Assembly (NCBI GenBank): GCA_018825365.1 | Contig: JAHJEV010000003.1 | Coordinates: forward strand, 2,284-66,283 | Source: Patescibacteria group bacterium | GTDB lineage: Bacteria; Patescibacteriota; WWE3; UBA101185; UBA10185 | DNA: 64,000 nt | Reading direction: 5' to 3' | Shown here: piece after piece, positions 58,994-64,000 of the stretch | Layout: each line of letters opens with the position of its first letter | Position numbering within the stretch: position 1 is the first letter of the stretch | Translations under genes and position numbers: made by a program | The notes under the pieces: generated by a model | What the model was told of the DNA's origin: nothing | The model's input: the letters and a program-made list of their open reading frames with translations, nothing else | The model's database searches: none

Positions 58994-59494
58994 TTAGATA
59001 TTATTTAAGAATATTTTGTCAACAACAGAGCCGATCTGTAGCATGTCAGTATTTATAATGTGCCATTTACTAGGATTTGTATTTCTATAAGATAATTTTG
59101 CGTAAACATTCCGAATTAAACCCTCATTTACGCGTTTTTCCCTATTTTGGTTTCTTTCTAAAATGGTTTCCAGTCTTGGGTTTAACCAAACCATGACCGC
59201 ATCAGGTAATTCTTTAAGATAAATTTTTTCTTGCTCGATACTAACTGAATCGTCTATTACAACATCAAAACCAAACTTCTCAGCATTTTTAGCCAGGCAA
59301 CATGTATTTAATGTGGCTAATTCAAACTGACTAGCTGTTTCTTTCGTCCAGTTTGCGGGAGAAGCGTACCCATTTTTTACAAAAAGCCTTAAAATATCAG
59401 TTTCTATTAGAAAGGATTTCTCGAGTTTTTGTGCTAATTTATTAGCTGTTGTAGATTTACCGGAACCGGGGACTCCAGCAATCAAATAAATCAT
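58994..59494 (-). CDS. P-loop NTPase/kinase (AAA_33/zeta-toxin-like fold)
   Basis: Walker A GVPGSGKST and Walker B VVIDD. Confidence 0.6.
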   Translation of the reverse strand: MIYLIAGVPGSGKSTTANKLAQKLEKSFLIETDILRLFVKNGYASPANWTKETASQFELATLNTCCLAKNAEKFGFDVVIDDSVSIEQEKIYLKELPDAVMVWLNPRLETILERNQNREKRVNEGLIRNVYAKLSYRNTNPSKWHIINTDMLQIGSVVDKIFLNNI

Positions 59495-59567
59495 AAATAT
59501 AGTATAACCTAGAAATTGAACTTACCGTTAGATATAAAATAAGGTTGGTAAAACAAATAAAAAATAA

Positions 59568-59644
59568 TGGTGGGCGGTAAAGGAGTCGAACCTATGACCT
59601 CTACAATGTCAATGTAGCGCTCTAACCATCTGAGCTAACCGCCC
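59568..59644 (-). tRNA. tRNA-Val (anticodon GAC), CCA encoded
   Basis: The minus-strand sequence GGGCGGTTAGCTCAGATGGTTAGAGCGCTACATTGACATTGTAGAGGTCATAGGTTCGACTCCTTTACCGCCCACCA has a 7-bp acceptor stem, a D-loop AGCTCAGATGGTTAGAGC, the anticodon loop TTGACAT and a T-arm GGTTCGACTCC. Confidence 0.9.
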
Positions 59645-59687
59645 TAGTTTACACTCACGATCCCTTACCCTAACTTTGCAAAGAAGC

Positions 59688-60287
59688 TTACTTTTTCTTC
59701 TTCGAAGCCATTATTTTATCAATAATTCCGTATTTTATCGACTCTGTTGCATCCATCCAATAATCTCTATCCATATCAGTCTTTACTTTGTCAAGTTTCT
59801 GGCCTGTTTCTTTTGAGACAATTTCAGCATATTGATCTCTTAGTTTGAGCATGTGCCTTGCTGTTATCTCAACATCAGTTGCCTGTCCCTCAACCCCACC
59901 GATTACTTGGTGGATCATTGTCTGGGCTCCGGGAAGCGAGTATCTTTTACCTTTTGATCCGGCAGCCAAAAGCAAAGCTCCGGCTGATGCAGCGAGCCCG
60001 ACATTTATAGTTACAATTTCGTTTTTGACGTGTTTCATAGTGTCGTACATGGCAATTCCGGCGTAAACTTCTCCCCCGGGCGAGTTTATATAAACACTGA
60101 TATCTTTATCCGGGTTTTGGCTTTCCAAAAACAAAAGCTGGGCAATAAATGTATTTGCAACCCCCATATCAATGGGTCCGGTTACAAAAACCACAAAATC
60201 TTTCAACAGTCTGGAATAGATATCATAAGATCTTTCATTTCCGCTTTGATCTCTTTCTATTACGATAGGTACAAGTGTGTTATTCAT
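59688..60287 (-). CDS. clpP: ATP-dependent Clp protease proteolytic subunit
   Basis: Catalytic triad context [14 protein letters not shown]...MIHQ...D, with the conserved tig-clpP order. Confidence 0.9.
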   Translation of the reverse strand: MNNTLVPIVIERDQSGNERSYDIYSRLLKDFVVFVTGPIDMGVANTFIAQLLFLESQNPDKDISVYINSPGGEVYAGIAMYDTMKHVKNEIVTINVGLAASAGALLLAAGSKGKRYSLPGAQTMIHQVIGGVEGQATDVEITARHMLKLRDQYAEIVSKETGQKLDKVKTDMDRDYWMDATESIKYGIIDKIMASKKKK

Positions 60288-61218
60288 GTTTTACTCCCTC
60301 TGTTTCTTCAATCAGCTTTTGAATAAGCTTGTTTTTTTGAAGAACCGTTTTTATATAAAGTCGCTCCATGGGGGAATTCATCTTTTCTCCAAGGGCTTTG
60401 TCCCCTATTGCTCCTATCATATCATCAATTTCCTTGTCAGTAACCTCGATTTTTTCCTCGTTTATCAGGTGTGAAAGGACAAATTCGGCTTTAATATTCT
60501 TTTCGGATGATGCGTCGTAGTCTTTTCTTAAGCCTTCTGCGGTTTTGTTTTGAGCGGAAAGATACTTCTCAACCGGTAAGTTTATTGATTTTAGCTGATC
60601 CATGAGTCTTGCAAGCATTCTATCTGTTTCTTCTTCTTTTAAGATATCTGCAATTTCAACTTCTGATTCTTTCAAAAGTACTTCTATTATCTCGTTTGCT
60701 CCCAAGTGAACATGTTTTTCGTGTTCCTCTTTCTTTTCTTCTTTTTTATCTTCCTTTGATTTCTCATCCGTTTTTTTTGTATCCTTTTTGTTTTCTTCCT
60801 CTTCTTTCTCAGCTTTTTGTTTCTTTTCCTCGTAGTACGCTTTCAAAGCTTTCTTGTAATCTTTCATTTTTATTTCCGGTCTTACTGCGAATGTGGCCGA
60901 GAATTCAAGATCTTTTTCAAGATTAAACTCTTTTACTTCAACTTTAGGATTCGAAACCGGTGAAATATGGTTTTCTTTTAAGGCTTGAGGATAGTAAGTC
61001 TGCAGTAAATCGTTTAATGCGTCTCCGTAAAGCGTGGAAACTCCGATTTTGTCTTTTACCATCTCTTTTGGAGCCGTGCCCTTTCGAAAACCTTCAATTT
61101 CGGTTTCTTGAACGGCCTGGGTTATGGTTTTATCGTATGCTTCCTTAACTTTGCCATTCTCTATGGTAATAGTTAATTTTATGGTTGATTTTGGTAGCTT
61201 TTCGATATTAGTTTTCAT
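60280..61218 (-). CDS. tig: Trigger factor lacking the PPIase domain
   Basis: The N-terminal ribosome-binding domain ([12 protein letters not shown], the TF signature) and a C-terminal arm domain are present. The middle is a K/E-rich linker, and at 312 aa the protein is far shorter than canonical trigger factor. Confidence 0.7.
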   Translation of the reverse strand: MKTNIEKLPKSTIKLTITIENGKVKEAYDKTITQAVQETEIEGFRKGTAPKEMVKDKIGVSTLYGDALNDLLQTYYPQALKENHISPVSNPKVEVKEFNLEKDLEFSATFAVRPEIKMKDYKKALKAYYEEKKQKAEKEEEENKKDTKKTDEKSKEDKKEEKKEEHEKHVHLGANEIIEVLLKESEVEIADILKEEETDRMLARLMDQLKSINLPVEKYLSAQNKTAEGLRKDYDASSEKNIKAEFVLSHLINEEKIEVTDKEIDDMIGAIGDKALGEKMNSPMERLYIKTVLQKNKLIQKLIEETEGVKHE

Positions 61219-61368
61219 AGCGTAGATATTGTATCACAGGGGGCAAAGGTCTTGCCTCTATTTTAAGTAGAAATGGGGATTTGACTATTTTTCGAGAGGG
61301 TGGTATAAAAGTAGTATTTCGATAGGGGGAACAACGAACAGCTAACCATGCTTAAGTGACGACCCCCA

Positions 61369-61887
61369 CTATTTTCTCTCTTCTAACTTTTCTCTTAGAT
61401 AGTTTACAAACGCCAAGTAATTCCAAAAGTTTCTATAGAGAGATGAATAGCTATGTATATCCGGGATCACAATTTTCATAAGCTTATCTTTCCTTCTAAG
61501 ATACTCAACAAGGCAGTGAAAATCTCCATCTCCGGAAACAATGACTGCTTTATCATAGTTTGGAAACTCAATCATAGTGTGTAGAACTAACTCAGCATCA
61601 ACATTACCCTTATAGGTATTTTCTCTTTTATCCTTAACTTTTAATGTCGGTTTGAAAACCAATAAATAGCCATCTTTTCGTAGTTTTTTGTAGAGGTTTT
61701 GGTACTTAGGCACGTACCCGACAAATAAGTAACATTTGCCGACACTATACTTGTCCCTTAAATACACTCTAAATCTGCTGAAATCCAGCTTCCAACCTTG
61801 GTTTTTCACACTTACATTTAGGTTTTGGCTGTCTATGAAAGCATATATTTTTTCAACCCTTTTTTTCCTTGGAGTCTTCCCTGCCAT
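61369..61887 (-). CDS. NYN-domain (LabA-like) protein
   Basis: IDSQNL, GNVDAELVLHTM and VSGDGDF are NYN/PIN-like motifs. Confidence 0.7.
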   Translation of the reverse strand: MAGKTPRKKRVEKIYAFIDSQNLNVSVKNQGWKLDFSRFRVYLRDKYSVGKCYLFVGYVPKYQNLYKKLRKDGYLLVFKPTLKVKDKRENTYKGNVDAELVLHTMIEFPNYDKAVIVSGDGDFHCLVEYLRRKDKLMKIVIPDIHSYSSLYRNFWNYLAFVNYLREKLEERK

Positions 61888-62118
61888 TAAGTGGATTTTA
61901 TCAGCAGAGGAAAAAATAAGAATAAACCAATGCCTATTTTGACTAGATTTGTTGATTATTTTATTAGATGTGTTATAAATGTATTAATCACCATGAGGGG
62001 ACACACCTAAGGCTAAGTCCGAAGGATAATGCCCCTCGTTTTTATTTTCCAAAATCGATAAATATCAAAAAGGCAGATTGCCGGGCAAATTAATTTGTAT
62101 TTTGGTTATAATATAAGT

Positions 62119-62463
62119 ATGTCTGAATCCATAAACCTTAATTGCCCGTTTTGCAACAAAGAAACAAGACCAACGGATACCTTCTGCCCCACCTGCGGAA
62201 AAAAGCTTCCTGACAAAAATCTTCCGTTTTCCACCGCGCAGAAAATAAAAATTTATCTCATCAGTGTGGTACTTGCGCCACTCGGTCTGTATTGGTTTGT
62301 TAAGTATTTTAGGAATGAGAACTCGGACAAGAGAAAAACGGCTTTTATTGCTCTTTATTTAACATTATTTACGTTAACCACGCTTACTATAATAAGTTAC
62401 TACTATGTTAAGCAATTAAACACCTACATGGAGTCATACGATTTTAGCGGCTTGGGTTTATAA
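62119..62463 (+). CDS. Zinc-ribbon membrane protein
   Basis: CPFC...CPTCG zinc ribbon followed by two transmembrane helices. Confidence 0.5.
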   Translation: MSESINLNCPFCNKETRPTDTFCPTCGKKLPDKNLPFSTAQKIKIYLISVVLAPLGLYWFVKYFRNENSDKRKTAFIALYLTLFTLTTLTIISYYYVKQLNTYMESYDFSGLGL

Positions 62464-62570
62464 GACAGACATCAACAAAACACACTCACACCACAAAGAT
62501 AAAATATCTCATGGAAGTTGCTCCTTCTGACATTTCTGGAGCTTTACCTTTTAAATATACGACTTTTCTT

Positions 62571-62834
62571 TCAGGTTTGCTTAGTATAAGCCTCGAAACT
62601 ATCGGCAGCTTTAGGATCCAGTGACCTAAGAGTTTCTATAACTTTTGTTTTAAGATCAAGATATGAAATCTTTTCTTCTGCAGCTTTTTCAGGAAGCCAC
62701 AACTCTACTGCCACGGCTACTGCTTCTGCTGTTTCTGGTGTTCCTCCGGATTTTATTACTCCGTTTAGAATTTTACCTCTGTCAAAATCCTGTTCGGTGC
62801 CGTCTTTTTTTATTACTTTAAACATTAAAATCAC
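62571..62834 (-). CDS. ATP-cone domain protein
   Basis: MFKVIKKDGTEQDFDRGKI matches the ATP-cone N-terminus (NrdR/NrdD-like regulator domain). Stand-alone and short. Confidence 0.55.
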   Translation of the reverse strand: MILMFKVIKKDGTEQDFDRGKILNGVIKSGGTPETAEAVAVAVELWLPEKAAEEKISYLDLKTKVIETLRSLDPKAADSFEAYTKQT

Positions 62835-62916
62835 CTCCCTTATGTTTAATTGTATATTAAAAGTTGTGTATAAAGCTATCTTTTGTATCTATTGCTGCTA
62901 CCCGATAGAGTAAAAT

Positions 62917-63402
62917 GTGTTTTATATGGAGAAAATAGTTATTACAAAGGCAAATAAAAAAGATATTCCAAGGATTGTTGAAATTCATAGAAAATGTGTC
63001 TCTACTACAAACTCGAAAAGTTATCCTGTTGAAAATATTAGAGAGTGGTTGGAGCAGATAAATGCTGAGAATGTAGAGTGTCAGCTTAAGAAGTCACTTT
63101 GGTTTGTTTTAAAGAAAGGTAAAACTACCATTGGTTTCTGTCAGTTTAACATTAAAGATAAGGTGTTGTATCAGATGCAGGCTAATCCGGATTACCAAGG
63201 TATGGGATATGGAAAGGTATTGTATAAGTTTATTGAAGAGTATTTCAGGAAGAATGGGGTTTCTAAGATATCACTTTACGCTACTATAAACGCCGTTGAT
63301 TTCTATAGAAGACTTGGTTTCACTACTGTCAAACCAATAAAATTTAAGTTGAAAACTCTTTACAATGATTTGTTTGAAATGGAAAAGAGTATCTACTGCT
63401 GA
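62917..63402 (+). CDS. GNAT family N-acetyltransferase
   Basis: QANPDYQGMGYGKVL (acetyl-CoA binding motif A) and YRRLGF. Confidence 0.75.
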   Translation: MFYMEKIVITKANKKDIPRIVEIHRKCVSTTNSKSYPVENIREWLEQINAENVECQLKKSLWFVLKKGKTTIGFCQFNIKDKVLYQMQANPDYQGMGYGKVLYKFIEEYFRKNGVSKISLYATINAVDFYRRLGFTTVKPIKFKLKTLYNDLFEMEKSIYC

Positions 63403-63623
63403 GTTTAAAAAAAGAAAGGACTGGGCTATTTATATTAGAAAAATATTACTAAGAAAACATTTACAAACTGCAATGTTTGGAATATACTCACTTTAATAAG
63501 TCCTTAGGGTAACGTGGCGCGTAGGGCACTCTCAAGAGGAGTATCCCATTTGAAACGTCAATATTCCCGAAAGGCAATAATTAATCCGCTCTTTTGAGTG
63601 GATTTTTTATTTGTATAAGCTTA

Positions 63624-63935
63624 TTATCGAGGTGTTATTTCTTTTAAATCTATGTTTCCCTTTTGATATTCGAACCTTACAACCCAATTATTGAAAAATC
63701 CGTCTTGTCCAAGTAGTCCGTAAGCCAGTTTATCCATATCATAAGAAAAACCAACCTTGCACTTATGAGGGTGCCCACCGATTTTAAAGGAAATTTCATG
63801 AAAATATGCTTTTTGAGGTTCTCCCGAGGTACCGAAAAATACGAGAGGAACTCCGGATTTAACATCTAACCCTAATTGTTCCCCAATCAAAGCGTGGAAA
63901 ATACAATAATCAGCACCCGAGTCAATTAAAACCAA
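63624..63935 (-). CDS. Retropepsin-like aspartic protease domain protein
   Basis: VLIDSGADYCIF is the D-S/T-G-A clan AA motif. Confidence 0.55.
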   Translation of the reverse strand: MVLIDSGADYCIFHALIGEQLGLDVKSGVPLVFFGTSGEPQKAYFHEISFKIGGHPHKCKVGFSYDMDKLAYGLLGQDGFFNNWVVRFEYQKGNIDLKEITPR

Positions 63936-64000
63936 ATATCCGAAGTTACCGACTTTATCAGTTTCAAAGTCTATCTAAATAACAGGTCTCAAGACTGATT

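Noticed and set aside
61283-61368. Plus-strand TTGACT-17-TATAAA promoter-like sequence and a GGGGG...CCCCC hairpin between tig and the NYN gene, as a possible tiny sRNA.
   Set aside because: Both flanking genes are on the minus strand. The region is equally well explained as the tig promoter and leader region read on the other strand. The evidence is too thin to call.
1-64000. CRISPR arrays, rRNA genes, prophage structural genes.
   Set aside because: No short regularly spaced direct repeats were found. No rRNA-like GC-rich conserved blocks were seen. No capsid, terminase or portal-like ORFs were recognised.

Overview
This is an AT-rich bacterial window (about one third G+C by eye) that uses standard stop codons. 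It is dense with compact, often shortened housekeeping genes: gyrA, gyrB, holB, trmD, rpsP, rnc, nusB, rpmF, recG, tyrS, pheS, pheT, thrS, infC-rpmI-rplT, truB, clpP, tig and tRNA-Val. That picture fits a reduced-genome lineage such as CPR/Patescibacteria, although the lineage is an inference.

Two type IV pilus loci are present: pilB-pilT-pilC-pilin-pilD, and a second locus PilX-like, seven prepilins, PilX-like, pilM-pilN-pilO. A 765-aa secreted Cys-rich protein with two thrombospondin type-1 (WSxWS) repeats sits directly upstream of the second locus. Neither locus has a secretin.

The most interesting region is 13.8-23.7 kb. It contains a radical SAM/SPASM enzyme with an N-terminal PqqD/RRE-like domain. 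Downstream of that enzyme's gene sit an HExxH-motif protein and, beyond it, an unannotated 51-aa Cys/Pro/Asn-rich peptide with a strong RBS, which is a candidate RiPP precursor. A GAF histidine kinase and a stand-alone receiver protein flank this set. Nearby is a second module made of a small Cys-rich acidic peptide and a paralogous HExxH protein. The same region holds a GC-rich island with another possible Cys-rich micro-ORF, a transglutaminase-like protease, a duplicated 3' fragment of the response-regulator gene, and an IS3-family element inserted into a truncated IS30 transposase. Two RNHCP-domain paralogs sit next to the pilus locus and the two-component genes.

Other points of note are an infC ATA start codon, an ACP homolog lacking the phosphopantetheine serine, a trigger factor without a PPIase domain, and several rho-independent terminators.
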